NCBI GenBank assembly: GCA_045592685.1
Contig: JAZNVF010000086.1
Location: 31,014-95,013, forward strand
DNA: 64,000 nucleotides
From: Akkermansia sp.
GTDB lineage: Bacteria > Verrucomicrobiota > Verrucomicrobiia > Verrucomicrobiales > Akkermansiaceae
Direction: 5' to 3'
Within the stretch, counting starts at the first letter, position 1, and every line of letters starts with the position of its first letter. Made by a program: the position numbers and the translations under genes. Positions 1 through 8,520 of the stretch are shown here, in pieces. The notes under the pieces are model-generated. The model made no database searches and was not told the DNA's origin. It was given only the letters and a program-made list of their open reading frames with translations.

Positions 1-8
1 ATGGCCAG

Positions 9-965
9 ATGAGCAGGGAGGAATACATGGAAACCCTCCAGTCCTCAATCGATTCTCTCAACAATCTCATCGGTACTAAAGGGAAAGCCCGTAAGGCTGC
101 TAAGAAAGATACAGGTGTGGATTTGCGCAGCTGGAGCTGGGAATGTGAATGCGGCATGATTCGACTGGACGCCTCATACACCGGTCGCAAAAAAGATTTT
201 GAGGGCGAGTTCATCCGCCTGAAACTCGGGGCAGATCAGGAGAGTGTCAGCGGTGGCGGGGCTGCGGATGCAGCAAAGCGCAAAGATTTGAAGGAAAATG
301 TTCAAAGAGATGAAGCATCCGGGGATGTATGGGTAAGCATACCCATGGTGGATCAGGGGCAGAAGGGGTACTGTGTGCCGGCGACTGTTGCCCGGGTATT
401 CGCCTATTACGGCATGGATGGTGTCGACCAGCACGCTCTGGCGCAACTCTGCGACAGCTCTGCCGATGGTGGTACATCCACCGTTGCCATGCAGGAGGCT
501 CTGGAGTCCATCAGCCGTAAGTTCCATATCCGTATTCAGATGCTTGATGGCAAGGATATGACTTCTGTTATAACGACATTCATAGCCGATTACAACAAGG
601 CTGCCAAAAAACTTAAAAAGCAGCAGGCAACCCCCTCGAACTGGATTAATGTCTGCAACGATACGCAAGTCCTGCTGGCGGCTCGTGGTAATAAAAAATA
701 TGTCAAAAAGTGGTTTGCTCCTGTGAAAAAGAGCATCGATGCCGGCATACCCGTATTGTGGAGTGTAGAGCTGGGGCTTTTCCCGGAGCAAGGAGGGCAA
801 CAGTCTTCCGGCGGTCACATGCGCTTGCTTGTCGGGTACAATGAGGAATCCGGCGTCGTCTATTTCAGTGACAGCTGGGGTGCCGGTCACGAGAAAAAAG
901 CTATTAAAATGAACCATGCTGCAGCCATGACCCAGGCTCGCTACATATTGCGCCCGTCTCGCTGA
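9..965 (+). CDS. Papain-fold (C39-like) cysteine peptidase domain protein, possibly 5'-partial
   Basis: 318-aa ORF. Candidate catalytic residues are Cys in QKGYCVPATVARVFAYYG, His in GGHMRLLVGYN and an acid in FSDSWG. The frame is open from the first ATG back to the window edge and no signal peptide is seen, so the true N-terminus may lie upstream. Confidence 0.55.
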   Translation: MSREEYMETLQSSIDSLNNLIGTKGKARKAAKKDTGVDLRSWSWECECGMIRLDASYTGRKKDFEGEFIRLKLGADQESVSGGGAADAAKRKDLKENVQRDEASGDVWVSIPMVDQGQKGYCVPATVARVFAYYGMDGVDQHALAQLCDSSADGGTSTVAMQEALESISRKFHIRIQMLDGKDMTSVITTFIADYNKAAKKLKKQQATPSNWINVCNDTQVLLAARGNKKYVKKWFAPVKKSIDAGIPVLWSVELGLFPEQGGQQSSGGHMRLLVGYNEESGVVYFSDSWGAGHEKKAIKMNHAAAMTQARYILRPSR

Positions 966-988
966 TTGTACCTCCTTTTACATCGTTT

Positions 989-1033
989 CCGGTGCTGTGT
1001 TGAAGACCTCGATTCAGCACCGGATTCTTATTT
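989..1033 (+). terminator. Putative intrinsic terminator after the peptidase gene
   Basis: 9-bp stem ccggtgctg (989-997) / cagcaccgg (1015-1023) followed by the T-rich attcttattt. The 17-nt loop is large. Confidence 0.45.
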
Positions 1034-1162
1034 GTACCGATTCGGTATAGAAAGCAGGCGACTATCGTCAGGGCTCCACACCATCATTCCCTGCTGAGAT
1101 GGTTTCTCGGCTCCTGGCCCTGGGGGGGTAGGTAAGCGCACCACACCCGGTGGCGCATATTC

Positions 1163-1196
1163 AAAAAAAAGAACCCGGTGCCACATTGGCACCGGG
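1163..1196 (-). terminator. Intrinsic terminator of the hisB-hisH-lptF/G transcription unit
   Basis: 9-bp GC-rich stem cccggtgcc (1174-1182) / ggcaccggg (1188-1196) with a 5-nt loop. A8 on the + strand (1163-1170) gives a U8 tail on the - strand, 34 nt past the stop at 1230. Confidence 0.7.
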
Positions 1197-1229
1197 AGTG
1201 ATACATAAACGACAATCAGGGGGAATATG

Positions 1230-2474
1230 TTACCCTCTGAATTTGGCCTTGGCATGTTGCCACACGGCGAAAGCTGCGCACAGAACATTCGGCAGCCAGA
1301 GCACGATGTAGGGGGTTACACCACCTGCTTTGCGCGAAAGTTCGCAGAACACCAGGGCTACGAAATAAACAGCCGCAACGATGATGCCCAGGGCGAAGCC
1401 GGTAGAGGTGTCCTTACGCCGTGCTGTGATGGCCAACGGTACACCAATGAGAGAGAACACAAAGCAGGCACAGGCAAATGAAGCTCGCTGTACGCCCTCT
1501 GTGCGGAAAGCTCGCTCCGTCTTCTTATTCATAGAGTTGCGGTAGTAAGCCGCATCGCTCTTTGCCGCAGCCCACAGATTGTCAGCACAGGGGAACAGGG
1601 GATTGGCAGAGCGAGAAATTGCTGCCTGCTCGTAGCGGTTCAGTGTCGGCAAGGCTGTAATACGCACAACTTCCCAGTGTGCCAGCTCATCCGCTATTTC
1701 TGCATTCGTGTAGCGGTTGGGCTTCATCTTTCTGCGGGTGCGGATGGGTACGTGAACCTGCAGGGGCATCTCCTCAGTCATGATAAGACTGACCTCCGAG
1801 CCGTCGGCATGCTCAATCGTAGCATTGTAAAGCACAAGACTGAGCATGCGGGTTTTAACGTCGAAGGCACCGATAGCTGCCTTTTTGGCATGCATGGCAG
1901 AGAACCCACCCATGCTGTTCTTGGCGGATTTTGCATTTTCCAGCGGATAAATATGCACGCCATGCATCATATCGCCATTGCGCCCTTCCACGTACAGTCG
2001 AACGTCGTTGAGCTTGGTTTCTCCGCCACCGGCGGTCAGCAGGTTGCGGGGGTTGTCCATGGCGGCTTTCATGACCAGGTCACTCATGGCGTTTTTGCCC
2101 TTGGGCGCAACCTCTATATTGATGTAGTAGCACAGCAGAGAGAGCGCAAGCCCCATGCCGATAGCCGGCATGCTCAGGCGCCACAGGCTCAGCCCGGCCA
2201 TGCGCATGGACGTTAATTCATTGTCGGCGGCCAGGCGCCCGTACACCAGCAATACTGCCGTCAGGAATCCCCAGGGCACCGAGAACGTAAGCGAAAACGG
2301 TATAACCTGTACGATGAAGTCAAATACGATGGAGGGCGGTGCGCCACTTTCTACCAGCAGGGTGTGCAGTTCCTTGAAAAGCTGCCCCAGCAGCATGAGC
2401 AGGGTGAGAGACATCACCCCCAGAAAGGTAACGGCGATGAGTTGTTTGAGTATATAGCGATCGATGGTTTTCAC
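1230..2474 (-). CDS. LptF/LptG-family LPS export permease (YjgP/YjgQ)
   Basis: 414 aa with a GTG start. N-terminus MKTIDRYILKQL... is typical of the family. Layout is 3 TM, a large periplasmic domain, then 3 TM. I cannot tell F from G. Confidence 0.8.
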   Translation of the reverse strand: MKTIDRYILKQLIAVTFLGVMSLTLLMLLGQLFKELHTLLVESGAPPSIVFDFIVQVIPFSLTFSVPWGFLTAVLLVYGRLAADNELTSMRMAGLSLWRLSMPAIGMGLALSLLCYYINIEVAPKGKNAMSDLVMKAAMDNPRNLLTAGGGETKLNDVRLYVEGRNGDMMHGVHIYPLENAKSAKNSMGGFSAMHAKKAAIGAFDVKTRMLSLVLYNATIEHADGSEVSLIMTEEMPLQVHVPIRTRRKMKPNRYTNAEIADELAHWEVVRITALPTLNRYEQAAISRSANPLFPCADNLWAAAKSDAAYYRNSMNKKTERAFRTEGVQRASFACACFVFSLIGVPLAITARRKDTSTGFALGIIVAAVYFVALVFCELSRKAGGVTPYIVLWLPNVLCAAFAVWQHAKAKFRG

Positions 2475-2483
2475 GGCAGTAAG

Positions 2484-3095
2484 TCAGAGAGTGAGGAAAT
2501 TTGTCAGAAGTCTGAGCCCGAGGTGCTGGCTCTTTTCGGGGTGAAATTGTGTGGCAATCAGGCGGCCTTGGCGTACTGCCGCTGCAAATGTGCAGCCATA
2601 ATCTGTGGTGGCTGCAACGATATCACCTGATGTCGGCTCGGGAAAATAGGAGTGTACGTAATAAAAATATGGTTCTGTTCCCATGCCTTCCCATATCGGG
2701 TCTGCGGGATTCTGCGGTTTGACCTTGTTCCATCCCATGTGGGGGATTTTGAGCCCGCAGTCCGGAAAACGCCGCACGTTCCCGTGGAAAATCCCCAGGC
2801 CGTCTGCTCCGGGGGTTTCTTCGCTGCTTTCGAAGAGAATCTGGTAACCGATACAAATTCCCAGAAAGGGGTTATCTGATTTAATCCAATGTCGGATGGG
2901 CTCTGTCAGTCCCTGCTCATGCAGAGCACGGGAGCAATCTCCGAATGCTCCCACCCCCGGCAGGACGAGGTGCGACAAGCCCTCCATATCGGCGGCACAA
3001 CGCACCAATCTGGCCTCTGCGCCAATGGCGCGGAAGCTGTTGCAGACGCTGGAAAGATTGCCTGCTCCGTAATCAATGATGCCGAGTGTGCTCAT
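2484..3095 (-). CDS. hisH: Imidazole glycerol phosphate synthase, glutaminase subunit
   Basis: 203 aa. Contains IIDYGAGNLSSV, LPGVGAFG, GICIGYQ (nucleophile Cys) and FHPEKS. Confidence 0.93.
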   Translation of the reverse strand: MSTLGIIDYGAGNLSSVCNSFRAIGAEARLVRCAADMEGLSHLVLPGVGAFGDCSRALHEQGLTEPIRHWIKSDNPFLGICIGYQILFESSEETPGADGLGIFHGNVRRFPDCGLKIPHMGWNKVKPQNPADPIWEGMGTEPYFYYVHSYFPEPTSGDIVAATTDYGCTFAAAVRQGRLIATQFHPEKSQHLGLRLLTNFLTL

Positions 3096-3105
3096 GGTGT
3101 TACTA

Positions 3106-3693
3106 TCAGAGGGTTCCTTTTGTTGAGGGAATCATGCCTGCGGTGCGGGAATCCGTTTCGACGGCCTGGCGTAGCGCGCGAGCCAGACTTTTGAATACGG
3201 CTTCTGCAATGTGGTGGCCGTCCATGCCGTAAAAAACCTCCACGTGCAGGTTGCAGCGCAGGTTATTGGTGAGTGCTCTCAGGAACTCAACCGTGAGAGA
3301 GAGCGGCATGTTGGGTGCATCTGCCGCTCCGGGGAAAGCCCGGAATTCCAGATAGGGGCGATTGGACAGGTCTATGACGCAGCGAGAGAGCGTTTCATCC
3401 ATGGGAACATAGGCACAGCCGTAGCGCTGAATCCCTTTCTTGTCGCCCAGTGCCGTCAGTATCGTCTCGCCAAGCACTATGCCTGTATCTTCTATGGTAT
3501 GGTGAGCATCCACCGCCAAATCTCCATGGCACTCCAGTTTCATATCTATCAGGCTGTGGCGCGAGAGCAGATTGAGCATGTGGTCAAAGAAAGCGTGACC
3601 GGTACGCACATCGGCACGGCCGGTGCCGTCGAGATTCAACTCCAGCGCAATATCGGTCTCTCCCGTGGTTCTTTTACAGACGGCGGTTCTCAT
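3106..3693 (-). CDS. hisB: Imidazoleglycerol-phosphate dehydratase (monofunctional)
   Basis: 195 aa. Contains RKTGETDI-like RTTGETDI, FFDHML, DAHHTIEDTGI and NLHV...G.DGHH. No HAD phosphatase domain. Confidence 0.93.
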   Translation of the reverse strand: MRTAVCKRTTGETDIALELNLDGTGRADVRTGHAFFDHMLNLLSRHSLIDMKLECHGDLAVDAHHTIEDTGIVLGETILTALGDKKGIQRYGCAYVPMDETLSRCVIDLSNRPYLEFRAFPGAADAPNMPLSLTVEFLRALTNNLRCNLHVEVFYGMDGHHIAEAVFKSLARALRQAVETDSRTAGMIPSTKGTL

Positions 3694-3701
3694 GTGACAT
3701 T

Positions 3702-3731
3702 ATTCTAGCACATTTGTTTAACCTTTGCCAA
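3702..3731 (-). promoter_or_regulatory. Putative sigma70-type promoter of hisB (leaderless geometry)
   Basis: On the - strand: TTGGCA (3731-3726), N18, TAGAAT (3707-3702), N8, ATG (3693). Confidence 0.45.
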
Positions 3732-3783
3732 CAGAAAAAATCAAACTTAGGGGAAAAAGCTGTATTGCGGGTAACTTTTTTGC

Positions 3784-3812
3784 TTGTCAAACAGGCTGGA
3801 ATATGGCAGATT
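3784..3812 (+). promoter_or_regulatory. Putative promoter of the HExxH protein gene
   Basis: TTGTCA (3784-3789), N17, CAGATT (3807-3812), N8, ATG at 3821. Confidence 0.4.
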
Positions 3813-3820
3813 CTCATTTA

Positions 3821-4981
3821 ATGAAAACGTTTATTCATTTGTTGTCTGTATTATTGCTGCCGATAGTGTGTGCAAACATGTCGTTCGGTGCAGATGCTGC
3901 TACTTCTGAAGTAAAGCTTGAGCAGCGCGAGGTAAAGAAGAAAAAGAGCAAAAAACGCAACGTCGGCAAGGCAGCTCAGCAGAAGAGAAAGGAGCTGCGA
4001 GAGCAGGGGGTGCGAAATGTGCGCGTCAAATCCCCCTCCGGTTGGCCGGTTAAAGTTCCTGTGCCCAAAGAAACGACTCTTCAGGAATGCCCGAAACAGG
4101 GTGATATGTTTGTCTATGAAACGAATAACTACGTTTTCTACACTCCGGTAGCGCTCGATTCGAATGCCTGTACTACTGTGGGGCGTCTTTTCGAGTGTGC
4201 GTATGAGGCAAACAAGGCCGTGGGTGAAGTTTTGCCCGTGCCGCGCACGCAGGAGGACCGCAGCCAGAAAAAGTACCGGGTGGAACTCTGGCCCACGGTC
4301 GCGGCTTATCGACAGCAGGGCGGCCCGGAGAACTCATCCGGCGTGTTCAGTTTTGCTTTGCGCAGGCAACCGGGACAACAGGCGAAAACCACCATTACGG
4401 CGGCAGATGTTGCTGTAGATAAGGTTATGGTGCCTTTTCCCTCGCTGGGGCTGAATGTCAATGGGGAGGTGGTAAGCAACGATATTCAGACTCACACTCT
4501 GGTACATGAGCTGACTCACCAGAATTTTCTTTATAACAGTCTGCCTATATGGTGCAATGAGGGCTGGGCTGAGTATGTGGGTTTGGTGCCCTATGTGGGG
4601 GAGGATCTGGAGTTCTCTCGCTGTTTTTCTGTGGTTCAGAACCGGGCTCTCGAACGAGCCGAACAAGGGGCTCTCGATTTCCCTTTCTCTCTCGAGGAGT
4701 TCTTTACCATGAGCCAGAAGGACATGTATTCATACATGCCGCGCGGTAAGGATACCTATTTGCTCGCCACTATGATTGTCACCTTTTACGTACACCTGGA
4801 CGGTAAAAAGGGGATAGAGGCTATAAAAGAGTATATGCAGGCTCTGCTCGATGGTGAATCTCCCGAAGAAGCAGCCGAGCATCTTATTACGCCGCACAGG
4901 AATGCGGCTCAACTTCAAAAGGATTTCATAAAGGCCTGGAAACGCAAGAAGGTCAATATATCATTCTCGGATGCCGAATGA
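3821..4981 (+). CDS. Secreted putative zinc metallopeptidase (HExxH; DUF1570-like)
   Basis: The ORF track starts at a TTG at 3725. I prefer ATG 3821 (MKTFIHLLSVLLLPIVCANMSFGADA is a signal peptide) because of the promoter geometry; ATG 3803 is an alternative. A Lys-rich linker follows. LVHELTHQ is at 4505-4519 and NEGWAEY at 4556-4576. Confidence 0.6.
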   Translation: MKTFIHLLSVLLLPIVCANMSFGADAATSEVKLEQREVKKKKSKKRNVGKAAQQKRKELREQGVRNVRVKSPSGWPVKVPVPKETTLQECPKQGDMFVYETNNYVFYTPVALDSNACTTVGRLFECAYEANKAVGEVLPVPRTQEDRSQKKYRVELWPTVAAYRQQGGPENSSGVFSFALRRQPGQQAKTTITAADVAVDKVMVPFPSLGLNVNGEVVSNDIQTHTLVHELTHQNFLYNSLPIWCNEGWAEYVGLVPYVGEDLEFSRCFSVVQNRALERAEQGALDFPFSLEEFFTMSQKDMYSYMPRGKDTYLLATMIVTFYVHLDGKKGIEAIKEYMQALLDGESPEEAAEHLITPHRNAAQLQKDFIKAWKRKKVNISFSDAE

Positions 4982-4995
4982 GTTAAAAAAGAAAT

Positions 4996-5024
4996 CCCCC
5001 GCAATTAAGCGGGGGTTTTCTTTT
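4996..5024. terminator. Bidirectional intrinsic terminator between convergent genes
   Basis: Stem cccccgc / gcggggg with a 6-nt loop, flanked by aaaaaagaaa upstream and ttttctttt downstream. It serves the + gene ending at 4981 and tlyA ending at 5045. Confidence 0.7.
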
Positions 5025-5044
5025 AACCAGTGAAGGGAGAGATA

Positions 5045-5773
5045 TCAGCGCAGCCAGGCCAGGAATTCCCGGTTGCCCTCCATGCCGGTTATGGGAGAGT
5101 CTGCCACACCCATCCATTCACGGCGGAGTTCGTTAACCACAAAATCATGAATTTTATCAACGGCCCGACGATGCAGAGCCGGGTCGCGCACAATGCCGCC
5201 GGGGCCGATATCCTCCGGCTGGAGTTCGAACTGAGGCTTGATAAGTACAAGCATGTCGCCGCCCTCTTGCAGACAATCGTAAGCAGCAGGTAGTATTCGG
5301 GTCAGAGAAATGAAGGAAACATCGCTCACTATAAGCTGTACCTTTTCCCCCAGGTCTTCAGGTGTCATGTAGCGGGCATTGAATTGCTCCTTCACGATAA
5401 CCCTGGGGTCGTTGCGCAATTTCCATACCAGTTGATTAGTGCCTACATCAACCGCATGTACACGCAGGGCTCCGTTCTGCAGAAGGCAATCTGTAAACCC
5501 GCCCGTTGAGGAACCGATATCGAGACAGATTTTTCCTTCTGCCTTTACAGGGAATGCTTTCAGCGCACCTTCGAGTTTCAGTCCGCCTCGGCTCACGTAG
5601 CGAGGTTTGTTCTTGACAGTGATAGGCAGGCTGTCATCTACCTTTGTGCCGGGTTTGGTGACGGGTTGACCTTTCACCAGCACCTCACCGGCGATGATAA
5701 GGCGCTGGGCCTGTTCGCGGGAATCGCACAGGCCCAGGGTTGTAATGAGAACATCTAATCTCTGCTTCGGCAT
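5045..5773 (-). CDS. tlyA: TlyA-family rRNA 2'-O-methyltransferase (S4 domain plus FtsJ-like)
   Basis: 242 aa. N-terminal S4-like RLDVLI...SREQAQRLIIAGEVLV, SAM motif LDIGSSTGGFTDCLLQ, and VSFISL. Confidence 0.85.
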   Translation of the reverse strand: MPKQRLDVLITTLGLCDSREQAQRLIIAGEVLVKGQPVTKPGTKVDDSLPITVKNKPRYVSRGGLKLEGALKAFPVKAEGKICLDIGSSTGGFTDCLLQNGALRVHAVDVGTNQLVWKLRNDPRVIVKEQFNARYMTPEDLGEKVQLIVSDVSFISLTRILPAAYDCLQEGGDMLVLIKPQFELQPEDIGPGGIVRDPALHRRAVDKIHDFVVNELRREWMGVADSPITGMEGNREFLAWLR

Positions 5774-5785
5774 ATTCAGCGAAGG

Positions 5786-6466
5786 TTAATCACGCAGTTT
5801 CTGACCACGGTTCTGACCAGGCATCACGGGATAGCGCTTCTTCTGGGCAGGAGTGAATACCGGGCGGGGAACGGGTTTGTTCACAGGCTGTACTACCGGG
5901 CGAGCCACAGGTTTTGCCACAGGCTGTACCACAGGTTTGGCAACAGGTTGTACCACGGGTTTGTTCACAGGCTGTACTACCGGGCGAGCCACAGGTTTTG
6001 CCACAGGCTGTACCACGGGTTTGGCAACAGGTTGTACCACGGGTTTGGCAACAGGCTGTACTACCGGGCGAGCCACAGGAGCCACGGCTGGTGCTTGCTC
6101 AACGGGGGCCGGCTGTTGCTGTGTTACAGGGGCGGGGATTTCTATTTCAACCGGTGAGTTTCCGGTGGGTTCCGGCTCGGGGGCCTGAGCTACGGGAGCG
6201 GGCTGCTGCTGAGATGTCGGGGTGCTCTGAATCTGCTGAGCTGCAGTGGGCTGATTCTGCGCGATTGCTCTGCGGCGTTCGCGCTCAGCGCGAGCGGCCT
6301 CGCGTTGCTGTACCACCGGGTCCAGTTGCGGGGGCAGGGGGGTAAGTTCGGGAGCGGTGGCGCGCCCGTGAACTCTAGGGCTGCCCCAGCCCTCATCTGT
6401 AGCGCACGAGCAAAGAATGGCGGCAGTTGCAATACAGGATACGATAAGAGGAGTCGTTTGTTTCAT
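5786..6466 (-). CDS. Proline-rich tandem-repeat lipoprotein
   Basis: Start chosen at MKQTTPLIVSCIATAAILCSC (lipobox-like LCSC), 7 nt after the upstream stop. The C-terminal half is (PVVQPVAK/PVARPVVQPVNK)n. Confidence 0.7.
   Translation of the reverse strand: MKQTTPLIVSCIATAAILCSCATDEGWGSPRVHGRATAPELTPLPPQLDPVVQQREAARAERERRRAIAQNQPTAAQQIQSTPTSQQQPAPVAQAPEPEPTGNSPVEIEIPAPVTQQQPAPVEQAPAVAPVARPVVQPVAKPVVQPVAKPVVQPVAKPVARPVVQPVNKPVVQPVAKPVVQPVAKPVARPVVQPVNKPVPRPVFTPAQKKRYPVMPGQNRGQKLRD
5873..6078 (-). repeat. In-frame tandem repeat: 24-nt units organised in an 84-nt higher-order repeat (about 2.4 copies)
   Basis: gggtttgttcacaggctgtactaccgggcgagccacagg... recurs at 5873 and 5957 (period 84 nt, 28 codons). 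Confidence 0.9.
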
Positions 6467-6473
6467 GGTTATA

Positions 6474-6929
6474 TTATTTGTAGAAGAGTTGATTGGCGAA
6501 TGCAGCCATGGTTGACCACGCATAGACCACTGTGAGTATGGACATCAGTATGAAGGTGCGGTCTTTTGACATGCGTTCGCGTTTTTCGTCCGACTTGTCG
6601 GGACGAAGACTGATAAACATGACCGCGACAAATGCCAGCCAGCTCAGACCGTAAGCATTCTGCCAGTTAATGTCGGTGAATAAGCTTGATCTGAAGTAGG
6701 TTGCGAGATAATATGCGGAATGTGGCAATACCGTGAGTATGGCAAACTCAGGTCGAAGGCGCCCACCCATGTACAGCCGAATCCATACCACGCCCCAAAT
6801 CACAAGAATCAGGGCAAATACTACAGCCAGCATCAATAAACCGGTGCCGAGAACCCCTGTAAGAAGTGAGCCGCAGCTCAGCAGCACAAACAAAGGTACG
6901 CACCAGTATATGTAATTCAGTCGTTTCAT
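6474..6929 (-). CDS. Hypothetical integral membrane protein (4-5 TM)
   Basis: 151 aa, strongly hydrophobic helices, same-strand operon context. No family recognised. Confidence 0.6.
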   Translation of the reverse strand: MKRLNYIYWCVPLFVLLSCGSLLTGVLGTGLLMLAVVFALILVIWGVVWIRLYMGGRLRPEFAILTVLPHSAYYLATYFRSSLFTDINWQNAYGLSWLAFVAVMFISLRPDKSDEKRERMSKDRTFILMSILTVVYAWSTMAAFANQLFYK

Positions 6930-6946
6930 GTCGCTCAGCAGTTTGC

Positions 6947-7354
6947 TCAGCCGAGCCAGTTCCAGCTGATGGGCACCTCGATGTCAGGGTGCAGACTCAA
7001 CATGGCCGGACTGCCAACCACGCACTGAAGCAGTGCTTCGCGGTGCGGCGTGTCGGACGGCAACGGCACATTGATGACGGTCGTGATACGGGCTATACGA
7101 CGGGGATTGGCACTCATTTCTTTGCTGACTTCAATACTCATGCCTCGCAAGTCGAGATTTTCTTTCTCTGCATAAATGCCCATTATCGTCGCCATGCAGC
7201 CCGCCATTGCCGAGCACATCAAATCGGTGGGTGAGAAAGATTTGCCTTTGCCGTGATTGTCAACAGGTGCATCTGTGCTCACCGTCGCGCCGCTCGGCCC
7301 ATGCTGCAGTTCGCAGCGAAGACCTCCCATATATGTCATCTTGCACTTTACCAT
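6947..7354 (-). CDS. OsmC/Ohr-family protein
   Basis: 135 aa. Contains GKGKSFSPTDLMCSAMAGCMATIM and the later LLQCVVGSPA, giving the two-Cys OsmC pattern. Confidence 0.85.
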   Translation of the reverse strand: MVKCKMTYMGGLRCELQHGPSGATVSTDAPVDNHGKGKSFSPTDLMCSAMAGCMATIMGIYAEKENLDLRGMSIEVSKEMSANPRRIARITTVINVPLPSDTPHREALLQCVVGSPAMLSLHPDIEVPISWNWLG

Positions 7355-7360
7355 GGCAGC

Positions 7361-7389
7361 ATTCTACACACCACAGGCAGGGGCGTCAA
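7361..7389 (-). promoter_or_regulatory. Putative promoter of the osmC-like operon (leaderless geometry)
   Basis: On the - strand: TTGACG (7389-7384), N17, TAGAAT (7366-7361), N6, ATG (7354). Confidence 0.5.
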
Positions 7390-7514
7390 GGTAGAATCGC
7401 TACTCGCAGCGGAAAATGTGTGGCAACAAGTATAATTCCGACTTCGCATAACACGTGTAATGCAAAATCAAATTACGGAATCTGACAACCTGAGGGTGAT
7501 AACGTACTTTCAAC

Positions 7515-7542
7515 TTGAAATGTGGCGAAAAACTGGTAGTAT
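7515..7542 (+). promoter_or_regulatory. Putative promoter of the gldA-like ABC operon
   Basis: TTGAAA (7515-7520), N16, TAGTAT (7537-7542), N11, ATG 7554. Confidence 0.4.
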
Positions 7543-7553
7543 TGTCGGTGCGT

Positions 7554-8492
7554 ATGAGCATGGTGACTGCAGAACATTTACACAAGACGTTCGGGCGCTT
7601 TACAGCTGTGAAGGATGCGACGTTCTCTATCGATAAGGGAGAGATTGTCGGATTTCTCGGGCCGAACGGAGCCGGTAAGACAACCACGATGAAGATGCTG
7701 ACGGGATATCTGCCGCCCACCGCCGGCACGGCATCGATAGCAGGCTACGACATTATCGACAATCCGCTTGAAGCTCGCAGGCACCTGGGCTACATGCCGG
7801 AAAACGTGCCGTTGTATGACGACATGCGCGTATTTGAATATCTGGAGTACCGCGCGCGGCTCAAAGGAATATGCGGCAAATCCGTACGGCAGCAACTGGC
7901 AGAAGTAATCGATAAATGCGGTCTGGAACAGAAACGCAAGAACCTCGTCAGCACTCTTTCGAAAGGTTTCCGCCAGCGAGTTGGTTTGGCAGATGCCTTG
8001 CTCGGAAATCCCGATTTGCTTATTCTAGATGAGCCTACCAACGGTCTGGACCCTAACCAGATACGTCAGATTCGCGAACTGATACGCACGCTGTCGGAAA
8101 ATCACACCGTGATACTCTCCACTCACATACTCAGTGAGGTGGAAATGATATGCAACAAGGTCATCATTATAGACCAAGGTGAAATCAAGGCAGCAGATAC
8201 CCCGGAAAACCTCACCCGCAACCTGCGTGCCGCCGGTCGAGTTTCAATCGAGTTCAAGGGAGATCCGACAGCAGTTGTTGCAGAGCTCGAATCCCTTGAA
8301 GCTGTGAAGAAAGTGATACTCGAAGCCCCTGAGGATGGCTGGAATCGCATACTGGTGCGAGCTGAACCCGGCACGGACACGCGCGAAAAAGCAGCCGCTG
8401 TCATCACCTCGCACGGTTTGCCAGTGCGCCACATATACCGCCACATCCCGAGTCTGGAAGACGTATTCGTAGAAATGACCCGCCGCGACTAA
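7554..8492 (+). CDS. ABC transporter ATP-binding protein (GldA-like, ABC-2 type)
   Basis: Walker A GPNGAGKTT, signature LSKGFRQR, Walker B LLILDEPTNGLD. Start set at ATG 7554 (7560 also possible); the track start at 7515 is a TTG. Confidence 0.9.
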   Translation: MSMVTAEHLHKTFGRFTAVKDATFSIDKGEIVGFLGPNGAGKTTTMKMLTGYLPPTAGTASIAGYDIIDNPLEARRHLGYMPENVPLYDDMRVFEYLEYRARLKGICGKSVRQQLAEVIDKCGLEQKRKNLVSTLSKGFRQRVGLADALLGNPDLLILDEPTNGLDPNQIRQIRELIRTLSENHTVILSTHILSEVEMICNKVIIIDQGEIKAADTPENLTRNLRAAGRVSIEFKGDPTAVVAELESLEAVKKVILEAPEDGWNRILVRAEPGTDTREKAAAVITSHGLPVRHIYRHIPSLEDVFVEMTRRD

Positions 8493-8520
8493 CCCCTACT
8501 CACCCCCCCCTTCTCTATCA

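Noticed and set aside
1028-1162. Intergenic stretch with an 86-aa - strand ORF (1028-1288) and a small gcgcacc/ggtggcgc hairpin, a possible small RNA or gene.
   Set aside because: The ORF overlaps the 3' end and terminator of the lptF/G-like gene and has no start context. The hairpin is short, bulged and has no U-tail.
5873-6078. Regularly spaced direct repeats, a possible CRISPR array.
   Set aside because: There are no unique spacers. The repeats are contiguous, in frame and encode the Pro-rich region of a lipoprotein. No cas genes are present.
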